Below, in pieces: positions 1 to 8,721 of a stretch of 35,191 nucleotides of DNA. The notes under the pieces are model-generated. The model was not told the DNA's origin. It was given only the letters and a program-made list of their open reading frames with translations, and ran no database searches. Both the position numbers and the translations under genes were made by a program. This stretch comes from an uncultured bacterium (GTDB taxonomy: Bacteria > Caldisericota > Caldisericia > B22-G15). Every line of letters starts with the position of its first letter. Within the stretch, counting starts at the first letter, position 1. The stretch covers positions 1 to 35,191 of the forward strand of contig CBFDTJ010000008.1 in assembly GCA_965612865.1 (NCBI GenBank), written 5' to 3'.

Positions 1-53
1 CGAGATCTACACCTAAGCCTTCGTCGGCAGCGTCAGATGTGTATAAGAGACAG
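1..53 (+). other. Illumina Nextera i5 adapter remnant (P5 tail, index CTAAGCCT, s5, Tn5 mosaic end); not genomic
   Basis: CGAGATCTACAC-CTAAGCCT-TCGTCGGCAGCGTC-AGATGTGTATAAGAGACAG matches the Nextera read-1 adapter layout. Confidence 0.99.
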
Positions 54-610
54 ATGTATTTTGTTGAGGGCAAGTGTGGACCTCTACATAAATCCACAAA
101 TTCCCCAACTTTATATATACTTATTGTTTCTTCCTCAAGCTCATCTATAAGTTCCAGTTTAAACTTCTCGTCTTTGAATAATTCCTTTGCCCTTTCCTTT
201 GATATTTCCTCTTTCTCAAATTTGTATTCTCTGGTTAAAAGCTCTCTCATTTTGTTTTCTATTTTCTCAATGTCCTCTGGAGTGAAAGGTTTTTCTACAA
301 GGAAATCATAATAAAATCCGTTCTTTATGGAAGGACCTATACCAAGTTTTGCGCCCTTAAAAAGAGATTTAACAGCCCATGCAAGTATATGAGAGGTGGA
401 ATGATTTAAAATATCAAGAGCTTTCTCACTATCATGGGTTATAAATTCTATCTTGTCACCCTCTTCAGGCTGATAATAGAAATCTACCACTGTATCATTT
501 ACGATAGCCCCCACATAGTTATCCTCTGGTAAAAGGTGTAAAATTTTAAAAAGGTTATCACCTTCATCAATTTCCATTTCCTTTCCAATATTTTTAACAA
601 AAATGTTCAT
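54..610 (-). CDS. thrS: Threonine--tRNA ligase, N-terminal part (truncated by the contig end)
   Basis: Absent from the ORF track. Manual translation from the ATG at 610 gives MNIFVKNIGKEMEIDEG...ALDILNHSTSHILAWAVKSLFKGAKLGIGPSIKNGFYYDF, i.e. a TGS domain plus the HxxxH editing-domain signature. RBS GGAAGGTGA upstream. Confidence 0.95.
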
Positions 611-641
611 CTCTCACCTTCCTTACGGGGGGATTTAAAAA

Positions 642-716
642 TGGTGGGCGATGGTGGACTCGAACCACCGACCTCTTCGATGTCAACGAAGCGTTCTACC
701 TCTGAACTAACCGCCC
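642..716 (-). tRNA. tRNA-Val(GAC), CCA encoded
   Basis: The reverse complement folds as a cloverleaf: GGGCGGT-TA-GTTC-AGAGGTA-GAAC-G-CTTCG-TT[GAC]AT-CGAAG-AGGTC-GGTGG-TTCGAGT-CCACC-ATCGCCC-A-CCA. Confidence 0.97.
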
Positions 717-728
717 ACCTCGTTTATT

Positions 729-757
729 ATATTATACGTAAATAGCCTTCTTGTCAA
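729..757 (-). promoter_or_regulatory. sigma70-type promoter for tRNA-Val/thrS
   Basis: TTGACA (757-752), 17 nt, TAATAT (734-729). An overlapping TATAAT (736-731) lies at 15 nt spacing. Confidence 0.75.
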
Positions 758-768
758 GTTTTAATTTG

Positions 769-1830
769 CTATTTTGGAAAAATTTTTGCTTGTTTCAAAT
801 AAATAGCTGGGGATTTTTTTCTTCCCTTGGGAATGGATGAAAGTTCTGGTTTGTCTGAAAGCCCAAAGACAAGGGCACCTTTCTTTTTTGCAATAAGGCC
901 CACATCATACACTTCCTTTGTAATTAATATCTCTTCGTTTAGTAGTTTCCTTACATCACTTATATCTGGAAGGAAATCCATTCTTTTTAGAGTGCAACTA
1001 AACTCCCTTTCTCTAAATGTTGGAAAAGCGGTTGGGTTTTTCTTTAGAAGATTCTCTTTAACCTCCTCCAGTAGTTTATATGCTTTCTCATTAGGTGAGA
1101 TTGTTATGGTATTAAAGAATTCTAAGGGCTCTCTCCATTTTCCGGCGTAAAACTCTCTTATAAACCTTCCAAGAGCATAGTAGTCTCCATAGAAAAGAAT
1201 ACTCATAATTGCCACTATATCCTGATTATCTCCTGTGAAGGAATGAAGACTTCTTCTATTCAGCCTGGAATATACATAATCAAATCTATCCTCTTCAATT
1301 CCACCTAAAGCATCCTTTATTATGGATGTAATTGCATCCATTCTCGCTTTGTCAATGGCTTTATTGTTTCTTCCTCTTGCTCCTATGAAGGTTTTATCAA
1401 TATCTATAACAACAATGGTTTTTTCGTCAAGTAAGAAACCTCTCCTCTCAAGGATCTCAAGAATTGGTAGGAGATTTCTCCACTTTGTATTAATTATTAT
1501 ATTCCCTTTAAACTTTATATAATCCTGTTCCCTCTCCTCTGTTATAACACCAGAGACTTCATATTCATCAAGTTCTGTGAGGTTTTTGATAACATTCCCA
1601 TCGTTTAGATAGGTGTCTCCAAAGTATATTACTTTTTCAAAATCTCCTATCTTTTTGAATAGAAAGGACAAAACTTTTGCATATTCAGGATCTTTCTTTC
1701 TTGGAAGAAAGTCAAATTTTAGCTGTTTCTTTAATTCCGAAAAGGAAGGCAATTCCTTTCTTAAAGGATTAAGTTCCCTAAAGACTATATAATTTTCAAA
1801 GATGGTGTTTAAATTGTCTCTCTTATACAT
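769..1830 (-). CDS. Hypothetical protein; probable circularly permuted HAD-superfamily phosphatase/phosphotransferase
   Basis: 353 aa. PRKKDPEY (motif III-like, K45), VIYFGDTYLND (motif IV), VVIDIDKT (motif I DxDxT, D143/D145), a helical cap, then KKKGALVFGLSDKP (motif II, S325). Start overlaps the asd stop. Confidence 0.7.
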   Translation of the reverse strand: MYKRDNLNTIFENYIVFRELNPLRKELPSFSELKKQLKFDFLPRKKDPEYAKVLSFLFKKIGDFEKVIYFGDTYLNDGNVIKNLTELDEYEVSGVITEEREQDYIKFKGNIIINTKWRNLLPILEILERRGFLLDEKTIVVIDIDKTFIGARGRNNKAIDKARMDAITSIIKDALGGIEEDRFDYVYSRLNRRSLHSFTGDNQDIVAIMSILFYGDYYALGRFIREFYAGKWREPLEFFNTITISPNEKAYKLLEEVKENLLKKNPTAFPTFREREFSCTLKRMDFLPDISDVRKLLNEEILITKEVYDVGLIAKKKGALVFGLSDKPELSSIPKGRKKSPAIYLKQAKIFPK

Positions 1831-2863
1831 ATAATCCCTCCAAAAGCTCTAATTTTAATGCAAGTTCTAAATTTAGAATACTTCCTCCTGCTGCCCCCCT
1901 TATAGTGTTGTGAGAGATGAGTGTAAATGTAAAGAAACTTTCTTCCGTTTTCTCTATTCTACCTACAGTTATACTCATTCCCTTTCCGTTGAATCTGTCA
2001 AAGAAAGGCTGTGGTCTATCAATTTCCTCTCTTACGACTATTGGTTTTTCAGGTGCCGTTGGCAGGTGTAACTTTTGAGGCAATCCTTCAAATTCTATAA
2101 AAGACTTCTTTAATTCAGAAAGAGACGGGTTCTTTTCTGTTTTTACAAATACGACTTCCATATGACCATCTCTTACCATAACCCTATTACACCTTGCATA
2201 CACTTTAAAACTACCAGGGACAAATTTCCCGTTAAATTTCCCAAGAATTTTTTTACTTTCCAATTTTATCTTTTCCTCCTCTTTTTCTATGTAAGGAATA
2301 ATATTATCCAGAATAGAAAGAGAGGGGACTCCGGGAAACCCAGCTCCTGATAGAGCTTGCATTGTAAAGAGGGTTACTCTCTCTATTCCAAATCTATCCA
2401 TAATAGGTTTTAGTGAGATTACGAGACCAGCTGTGGAGCAGTTAGGATTTGTAATTATAACTCCCTTTCTTTTTTGATACCTTATAGCTTCAAGATGTTC
2501 TGGATTGACCTCTGGCACAACTATCGGAACAAAATCGTCATACCTGTGACTGCTTGCATTACTGAATACATAATGCCCATTTTTCGATAGTCTCTCCTCT
2601 ACATCAAAGGCAATAGATGATGGAAGAGCCGAAAATACTATTTTCTCTGGCTGATCCCTTTCTAAAGATAGAAGGGGAAGATGGGCAATACTTTCCGGAA
2701 TTCCTCCTTCAAGTATCCATTTTACAGCATTTTTATACTTCTCTCCTCTCTTCTTTTCCGATGCAAAGATAGAACTTATTTTGAACCACGGATGTTCGGA
2801 TAATATTTGAACAAATCTCTGACCTACTGCTCCTGTGGCTCCAAGAATCGATACATTTATCAT
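1823..2863 (-). CDS. asd: Aspartate-semialdehyde dehydrogenase (archaeal/fungal-like subtype)
   Basis: GATGAVGQRF NAD-binding motif, catalytic Cys in TNPNCST, QALSGAG, DNIIPYI, SHNTIRGAAGG. Confidence 0.96.
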   Translation of the reverse strand: MINVSILGATGAVGQRFVQILSEHPWFKISSIFASEKKRGEKYKNAVKWILEGGIPESIAHLPLLSLERDQPEKIVFSALPSSIAFDVEERLSKNGHYVFSNASSHRYDDFVPIVVPEVNPEHLEAIRYQKRKGVIITNPNCSTAGLVISLKPIMDRFGIERVTLFTMQALSGAGFPGVPSLSILDNIIPYIEKEEEKIKLESKKILGKFNGKFVPGSFKVYARCNRVMVRDGHMEVVFVKTEKNPSLSELKKSFIEFEGLPQKLHLPTAPEKPIVVREEIDRPQPFFDRFNGKGMSITVGRIEKTEESFFTFTLISHNTIRGAAGGSILNLELALKLELLEGLYV

Positions 2864-5256
2864 ATCTCTCTCCCTATTCTTAAAATATCTGACAATACAC
2901 CTGAGGCTGTAATTAAAGGTCCTGCCCCTATGCCTTTAATTATAACAGGATTTTTCTTATATCTTACGGTATATATGAGAAAGATATTTTCACCTGGCTT
3001 TAGATTGTAGAATTCCGAATTTTTGCTAAAAACTTCGAGAGAAACTTTAACCTTTCTTCCTTCAATCCTTGATACAGGATAAACAAAACCACCTTCTCTC
3101 ATCTTATTGATTCTATCTCTAAAGCTTCTTATCTCTGTTTTTCTGAATTCTTCAAGAGAGTTGGATTCAACAAATTCCTCGAAGTCTATATGAGATAATT
3201 CAAGTTTCTTTCCTATAATTCTTGCAAGGATTAAAGTTTTTCTTAAAATATCTGTTCCCTTTAGATCATCCATAGGATTTGGTTCTGTATAGCTGAGTTT
3301 CATAGCAAGTTCTATTGCATCAGTGATATCCTTTCCTCTATTCAGATGATAGAAGATGAAGGATAGAGAGCCACTGGGTAGGGATACGATCCTTTTTATC
3401 CTATCACCTGTCTCCATTAAATTTAGTAAAGTTTTTATTACAGGAAGAGATGCTCCAACGGTAGTTTCGAAGTAGAACTTCCCGTGAGAACTTGTAAGGC
3501 TTTTAAATGTTTTGAAGTTTTTTACAAGATTCTTTTTATTGGATGTGACCGCATTCGCTCCATATCTTAATGCATCTATGAGAATATCGGTAGTTTCATC
3601 TGAGTTGGTAACATCAACAAACACGGTGTTCCTTTTTTTTACAAAATCTGACAAATTTGGTTTACCCTTATTAGGAAACTGGAAATCCTTCTCTTTTATA
3701 TACTTCTCTGTCTCTTCACCTAAAATATAGGAGTTACTTCTTAAAACACCTCTATAAACAATTCTTATTCTTTCTTCCTTTTCAATTCTTTTTCTTTCCG
3801 ACAGGATTAATTCAATAAGACTTTTCCCAACTTTTCCAACGCCAAACTGCACAATTTCTACTACCTTTATTCCCTCTTTATCCAGAGATAAACCTAATTC
3901 TATATGTAGAGCTTTAACTGCTTCTTTAACTTCTCTCTCTTTAACCACAAAAGAGATATTGTATTCAGATGAACCCTGTGCAATGGCAATTATATTTATT
4001 CCGTGTCTTCCCAGAGTGGAGAAAACCTTTCCAGCAATTCCAGGGGTTCCTTTCATTCCCGCTCCTATAACTGAGATTATAGCGACTCCATCTTCTTTTA
4101 ATACGCCTTCAATTTCCTTCTTTTCAATTTCCCTTTCAAATTCCTCTTTCAGGCATTTTATAAAATTATCTGCCTCTTCCTTCTTCACCACGAGGCAAAT
4201 ATTTTGTTCTGAGGAGGATTGAGATATCATGAGTATGTTTGTTTTACTCTTCCATGCAGATTTAAAAACTCTTGCAGCAATTCCCGGAACACCAAGCATT
4301 CCTCTTCCGTTAACACTTACAAGTGAGAGATTTTTTATATAGGTTAGAGATTTAATTATATTTTTATCCTTTCTTACCCTTTTAACAATTACTGTACCGG
4401 GAAAATCAGGATTAAAGGTATTCTTTATTCTTACAGGTATATTTTTTTCCATAACAGGTGAAAGGGTTTTTGGGTGAAGAACCTTTGCTCCATAGTAGGA
4501 GAGTTCTGCTGCTTCAATGTATGAGATGTATGGAAGTGGTTTTGCATCCTCAGTGATTCTGGGGTCAGCTGTCATTACCCCATCAACATCTGTCCATATC
4601 CATACCTCTCTTGCAGCAAGAACTCTCCCTAAAATTGTTGCTGTAAAGTCACTTCCTCCTCTCCCAAGGGTGGTTATTCTTCCATCTTTCGTGCTGCCTA
4701 TAAACCCCGTAACTATTGGTGTTGTTTCCTTTGGAAGCAGATCTTTATTAAATATATTATTAGCTCTTTTCTCAATCTCAGCATATATTGGACTCGCATT
4801 TCCAAATTCATCTGTTGTTATAAGAAAGGAGTTTGCATCAATGTATGCAGATTTAATTCCAGATCTATTTAAATACTCTGAAATTATTCTTACAATCATT
4901 CTCTCCCCGAAGGAAGCTATTGTGTCAAGAGCTCTGGGCGTTAATTCCCCGAGAACCTCTATACTTTTTAGTATATTTAAAAGTTCTTCAAGAAGTGTCT
5001 CTACATTTTCAAGCCGCTCTTTAAAGAGCTCCTCCATAACAGATATATGCCTGTCCCTTATGTTTACATACTCGTTTAGATATTTCTTATCCCCCACCTG
5101 GGAGAGTTTTCCAGCCTTTATCAGTAAATCAGTTACTCCGCTCATAGCAGACACAACAACCACTTTTTCCTCTCTATTTTTTGCCAGAATATTTTTAAGA
5201 TTTCTTATCCTTGCAGCGCTTCCTACAGAGGTTCCTCCAAATTTCATTATTATCAT
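2860..5256 (-). CDS. thrA: Bifunctional aspartokinase/homoserine dehydrogenase
   Basis: AK domain (KFGGTSV, VVSAMSGVT, TLGRGGSD, WTDVDG..ADPR), two ACT domains, HSDH domain (GVGKVG, ETTVGASLP, TEPNPMDDLKG, GIGAG). Confidence 0.95.
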   Translation of the reverse strand: MIIMKFGGTSVGSAARIRNLKNILAKNREEKVVVVSAMSGVTDLLIKAGKLSQVGDKKYLNEYVNIRDRHISVMEELFKERLENVETLLEELLNILKSIEVLGELTPRALDTIASFGERMIVRIISEYLNRSGIKSAYIDANSFLITTDEFGNASPIYAEIEKRANNIFNKDLLPKETTPIVTGFIGSTKDGRITTLGRGGSDFTATILGRVLAAREVWIWTDVDGVMTADPRITEDAKPLPYISYIEAAELSYYGAKVLHPKTLSPVMEKNIPVRIKNTFNPDFPGTVIVKRVRKDKNIIKSLTYIKNLSLVSVNGRGMLGVPGIAARVFKSAWKSKTNILMISQSSSEQNICLVVKKEEADNFIKCLKEEFEREIEKKEIEGVLKEDGVAIISVIGAGMKGTPGIAGKVFSTLGRHGINIIAIAQGSSEYNISFVVKEREVKEAVKALHIELGLSLDKEGIKVVEIVQFGVGKVGKSLIELILSERKRIEKEERIRIVYRGVLRSNSYILGEETEKYIKEKDFQFPNKGKPNLSDFVKKRNTVFVDVTNSDETTDILIDALRYGANAVTSNKKNLVKNFKTFKSLTSSHGKFYFETTVGASLPVIKTLLNLMETGDRIKRIVSLPSGSLSFIFYHLNRGKDITDAIELAMKLSYTEPNPMDDLKGTDILRKTLILARIIGKKLELSHIDFEEFVESNSLEEFRKTEIRSFRDRINKMREGGFVYPVSRIEGRKVKVSLEVFSKNSEFYNLKPGENIFLIYTVRYKKNPVIIKGIGAGPLITASGVLSDILRIGREI

Positions 5257-6533
5257 AGATTCTCCTCCATAATTCTTTCGATAAGACTCTCCACTTCCTT
5301 TATCTCATTTTTTACAGTGATAGGTCTGTTTATCATCTCTTCAGGGATTCCCTCAATTTCTCCCATATGAAACTTTGTTACTATGTCTGGATCTTTTAAG
5401 AGATTTCCCGTAAGAATTAAAACAGCACTTTCATAAGATTTAACGATTCCCTTTTCTATCATTTTAATCAAACCTGCAAGGGAAGCTGCTGATGCTGGTT
5501 CGCATCCTATTCCCATGGAATCAATTTTTGCTTTTGCCATAAGAATTTCTCTGTCAGCAACCTCTTCAACAAATCCTTTTGTGAAATCTATGGTTCGTTT
5601 GGCCTTTTCAAAGTTTACTGGATTTCCAATCCTTATTGCCGTTGCAACTGTTTCTGCTTTCCTCGGTTTAAAATCCCAGTTGTTTTTAAATGAAAGGTAG
5701 AAAGGGTTTGCTTCCTTTGCCTGTATAACAGCAATTTTTGGAATCTTATCTATTATTTTGAATTTTTTAAGCTCCATAAGTGCTTTTCCAAAAGCTGATG
5801 TATTTCCAAGATTTCCTCCAGGAAGTATTATCCAGTCAGGCACCTCCCAGTTTAATTGAAAAAATGTGTGAATTATAATCGTCTTTTGCCCCTCAAGTCT
5901 TATTGGATTTAGCGAGTTTAAAAGGTATATTTTATACTTTTTAGAAATCTCCTTTACGATTCTCATAGCATCATCAAAATCACCTTCAATTTGAATTGTC
6001 TTTGCTCCATAGGAAAGAGCCTGCGAGAGTTTGCCAAGTGCAATTTTTCCCTTTGGAAGGAAAACTATAGGGATGAGTCCTCCTCTTTTTGCATAAGCAG
6101 TCATTGATGCTGATGTGTTTCCAGTGGAAGCGCATGCCACAATTCTATATCCCAGCTTTTTTGCGAAAGTTACTCCCACCGTCATTCCTCTATCCTTGAA
6201 AGAGCCTGTTGGATTCTCCCCTTCATGTTTTAGGAATACCCCTTTAACTCCCTTTATCTCATCGGATATGTCATATAGGTTTGTTTTCCCTTCAGGAAAT
6301 GTGACTATCTCATCTTCGTTAAGGTCAAGCACCAACTCCCTGAATCTCCAGACTCCGCTTTCATCAATACTTTTTCTACTCCCCACCCTCTTCTCCCACA
6401 CATCCTTTAGATAAGAAAGATTTTCTTCATTCCTTATGTGAACGTCAAGAAGCCCACCACACTGGCATGTGTATCTTCCAGTTAAAAGAGAATATTCTTT
6501 TCCACATCTTATGCACTTTAAGACTCTCTCCAT
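5253..6533 (-). CDS. thrC: Threonine synthase
   Basis: N-terminal Zn ribbon (CIRC..CQCGG), PLP lysine motif NPTGSFKDRG, CASTGNTSAS, RLEGQKT, PGGNLGN, EPASA, LTGNLLKD. Confidence 0.96.
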   Translation of the reverse strand: MERVLKCIRCGKEYSLLTGRYTCQCGGLLDVHIRNEENLSYLKDVWEKRVGSRKSIDESGVWRFRELVLDLNEDEIVTFPEGKTNLYDISDEIKGVKGVFLKHEGENPTGSFKDRGMTVGVTFAKKLGYRIVACASTGNTSASMTAYAKRGGLIPIVFLPKGKIALGKLSQALSYGAKTIQIEGDFDDAMRIVKEISKKYKIYLLNSLNPIRLEGQKTIIIHTFFQLNWEVPDWIILPGGNLGNTSAFGKALMELKKFKIIDKIPKIAVIQAKEANPFYLSFKNNWDFKPRKAETVATAIRIGNPVNFEKAKRTIDFTKGFVEEVADREILMAKAKIDSMGIGCEPASAASLAGLIKMIEKGIVKSYESAVLILTGNLLKDPDIVTKFHMGEIEGIPEEMINRPITVKNEIKEVESLIERIMEENL

Positions 6534-6541
6534 TTTTATGA

Positions 6542-6569
6542 ATTATAAGGAAATTTACTATAAATTCAA
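6542..6569 (-). promoter_or_regulatory. sigma70-type promoter for the thr operon, likely (near-)leaderless transcript
   Basis: TTGAAT (6569-6564), 16 nt, TATAAT (6547-6542), only 8 nt before the thrC ATG; no Shine-Dalgarno. Confidence 0.6.
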
Positions 6570-6623
6570 ATTTAAAAAATGTGATTAGAATTGTAATTTA
6601 AAGAATTTTATTATTTATAAAAG

Positions 6624-7790
6624 CTACTTTAGGTATTTTCTTCCCTTAAGCTCTTTTGGTAGATACTCTATTTTTTTCTCTGGATGGTCATGTGGATATA
6701 TATAACCTTTACCCCATCCAATTTCTTTAAGCCCCTTCACCGATGGATTCCTGAGATGTAAAGGTACCGGTATGTTTCCATATTTTTTTACATCCTCTAA
6801 TGCAAGTTTCATCGCTGTTAGAACTTTGTTACTCTTTGGGGCTTTAGAAAGATATAGAACCAATTCCGAAAGAATCAATTTCGCTTCAGGTAGCCCTACT
6901 CTTTCCACTGCTTCTGCTCCACTTGTGGCAAGGACAAGGGAAAATGGATCAGAAAGACCTATATCCTCTGACGAGAGGATTATAAGTCTTCTTGTAATAA
7001 AGTTTAAGTCTTCCCCACCCTCAATTAATCTCATAAGGTAGTACAAAGAAGCATCAGGGTCTGAACCCCTTATGCTTTTTATTAGAGCTGAGATTAGATT
7101 GTAGTGCTCTTCAACTTTATCAAATTTAATCCTTTTTGAGAGAACAAATTTTTGTATCTCTTCCTTTGTAAAAGATTTCTTTATATCTCCCTCTAAAGAC
7201 TCAAGTATGTTTAGTAGAAACCTTGCATCTCCCCTGGATAATTCTACAATGAAATCCTTTGCTTCTCCATTAAGTTCTATTCCTGTCTCCTTTAGTCCCT
7301 TCTCAAGTATACTTTTCATCTCTTCCTCTGAATATGGTGAGAGCTCTATGAGAAAACACCTTGAGAGAAGAGGCGGAACTATGTAGAAGTATGGATTTTC
7401 AGTGGTTGCCCCGATAAGGACAATGTCTCTATTCTCTACGAAAGAGAGAAGAAAATCCTGTTCCTTTCTGTTTAATCTATGGATTTCATCTATAAAAAGA
7501 ATGGTTTCTTTTTTAAAGAATTCCCTTTTCTTCTTTGCTTCCTCTATTATTTTCCTTATGTCCTTTATTCCTACCTCAGCTCCTGACACTCTTATTAGGT
7601 CCAGACCACTCTCCTTTTCTATAAGGAGAGCAAGTGTTGTTTTTCCGCTTCCAGGTGGTCCCCATAGAATAAGATGAAAAACATTCCCGCTCCTTATTTT
7701 CTCTTTGAAATCCCTTGTTAATACATCTTTGTGTCCCACAAATTCATCAAAAGTTTTTGGTCTTATTCGCATGCTAAGAGGTTTCTTCAT
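6624..7790 (-). CDS. rarA: Replication-associated recombination protein A (MgsA/RarA AAA+ ATPase)
   Basis: PLSMRIRP, GPPGSGKTT, FIDEIHRLN, GATTENPYF, ISALIKSIRGSDPD, SEDIG, VPLHLRN, YIYPHD. Confidence 0.95.
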   Translation of the reverse strand: MKKPLSMRIRPKTFDEFVGHKDVLTRDFKEKIRSGNVFHLILWGPPGSGKTTLALLIEKESGLDLIRVSGAEVGIKDIRKIIEEAKKKREFFKKETILFIDEIHRLNRKEQDFLLSFVENRDIVLIGATTENPYFYIVPPLLSRCFLIELSPYSEEEMKSILEKGLKETGIELNGEAKDFIVELSRGDARFLLNILESLEGDIKKSFTKEEIQKFVLSKRIKFDKVEEHYNLISALIKSIRGSDPDASLYYLMRLIEGGEDLNFITRRLIILSSEDIGLSDPFSLVLATSGAEAVERVGLPEAKLILSELVLYLSKAPKSNKVLTAMKLALEDVKKYGNIPVPLHLRNPSVKGLKEIGWGKGYIYPHDHPEKKIEYLPKELKGRKYLK

Positions 7791-8380
7791 AGATCCTCTA
7801 AAAATAGATAAAAAGCATCAAGGATTTTAAAATCATTTTTATATAATTTCTCTATATAATTTTTAATGAAATCCCCATCAATTGTTTTAGCTCTCTCCTT
7901 TAACTTCTCCCACAGGTTCATGGCGAGTATAGCATCCTCAAGAGCTCTGTGATTCTCATTCCAGGGAATTCCAAAGTTCGAAGCTACACGCCTCAAACTG
8001 TGGAATCTTAAACCTGGAAGGAGAAATTTTGATATTATTAATGTATCTGAAACTCTGTTTTTTATTGGCATTCCAAGATACTTTTCAATGAATGGTACAT
8101 CAAAGTATATGGCATTGTGTCCCACAAGAGGATCGTTTCCGATAAACTCAAAAAATTCATTCATAACTTCCCTCTCTTCCCTTCCATTCCTTAATATTTC
8201 TTCATCTGTTAGTCCAGTTATTTTTGATATCTTTGGAGGCAGGGGGATTCTCTGGTTTATTACCACAGAAAATGAAGAGAGTATCTTTCCGTTTTCACTC
8301 TTTACGGCTCCAACTTCGATAATTTTATCTAAATCAGGATTCAACCCTGTTGTCTCAAAATCAAAAAACACAATCCTCAT
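7787..8380 (-). CDS. DEDDh 3'-5' exonuclease (DnaQ/Pol III epsilon-like)
   Basis: ExoI DFETTGL, ExoII GHNAIYFD, ExoIII HRALEDA. Confidence 0.9.
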   Translation of the reverse strand: MRIVFFDFETTGLNPDLDKIIEVGAVKSENGKILSSFSVVINQRIPLPPKISKITGLTDEEILRNGREEREVMNEFFEFIGNDPLVGHNAIYFDVPFIEKYLGMPIKNRVSDTLIISKFLLPGLRFHSLRRVASNFGIPWNENHRALEDAILAMNLWEKLKERAKTIDGDFIKNYIEKLYKNDFKILDAFYLFLEDL

Positions 8381-8721
8381 TTCTTCTTCCTGTATTCTAC
8401 TCCTGCTTCCTCAAGAATTCCATCTATTGGAGGAGAAACCTTGATCACTTTCACCAGCACCTCTTTAACTTTGTCTATTGCTAAGATCTCATTCCCAATT
8501 TCCTTTGCAAGGGATTCCATAAGGTTAAAATTTTTTCCCTCCACAATTTCTCTTACCAGTTTATAAACATAGGAGTAACTTACCGTATTATCGATATTAT
8601 CTCCCTTTACTTCGTCTACATAAAATTCCACATCCACCTTGAATCTCTGTCCAAGAATTTTTTCCTCTTTATTAACGCCGTGATAGGCGAAAAATTCCAT
8701 ACCTTTTAAGAATACTTTCAT
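8377..8721 (-). CDS. folB: Dihydroneopterin aldolase
   Basis: FFAYHGVNKEEKILGQRFKVD, TVSY, FNLMESLA, K.SPPI; directly downstream of folP. Confidence 0.93.
   Translation of the reverse strand: MKVFLKGMEFFAYHGVNKEEKILGQRFKVDVEFYVDEVKGDNIDNTVSYSYVYKLVREIVEGKNFNLMESLAKEIGNEILAIDKVKEVLVKVIKVSPPIDGILEEAGVEYRKKK

Noticed and set aside
39..311. 90-aa plus-strand ORF beginning MYKRQ
   Set aside because: It starts inside the adapter and is antisense to thrS.
611..660. tRNA 3' end as an integration site for an island
   Set aside because: No integrase, no duplicated tRNA 3' fragment was noticed, and housekeeping thrS follows immediately.
1815..1832. Start of ORF353 (ATGTATAAGAGAGACA, MYKRD) resembles the Tn5 mosaic end, suggesting a chimeric junction
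   Set aside because: Only a partial ~11-nt match with no flanking adapter; asd reads through to its stop and a GGAGGG RBS precedes the ATG.
4517..5272. Long antisense ORFs (e.g. 4517-5272, 25862-26380, 14024-14449, 21058-21480)
   Set aside because: Ser/Phe/Leu-rich shadows of well-supported genes on the opposite strand, with no recognisable motifs.
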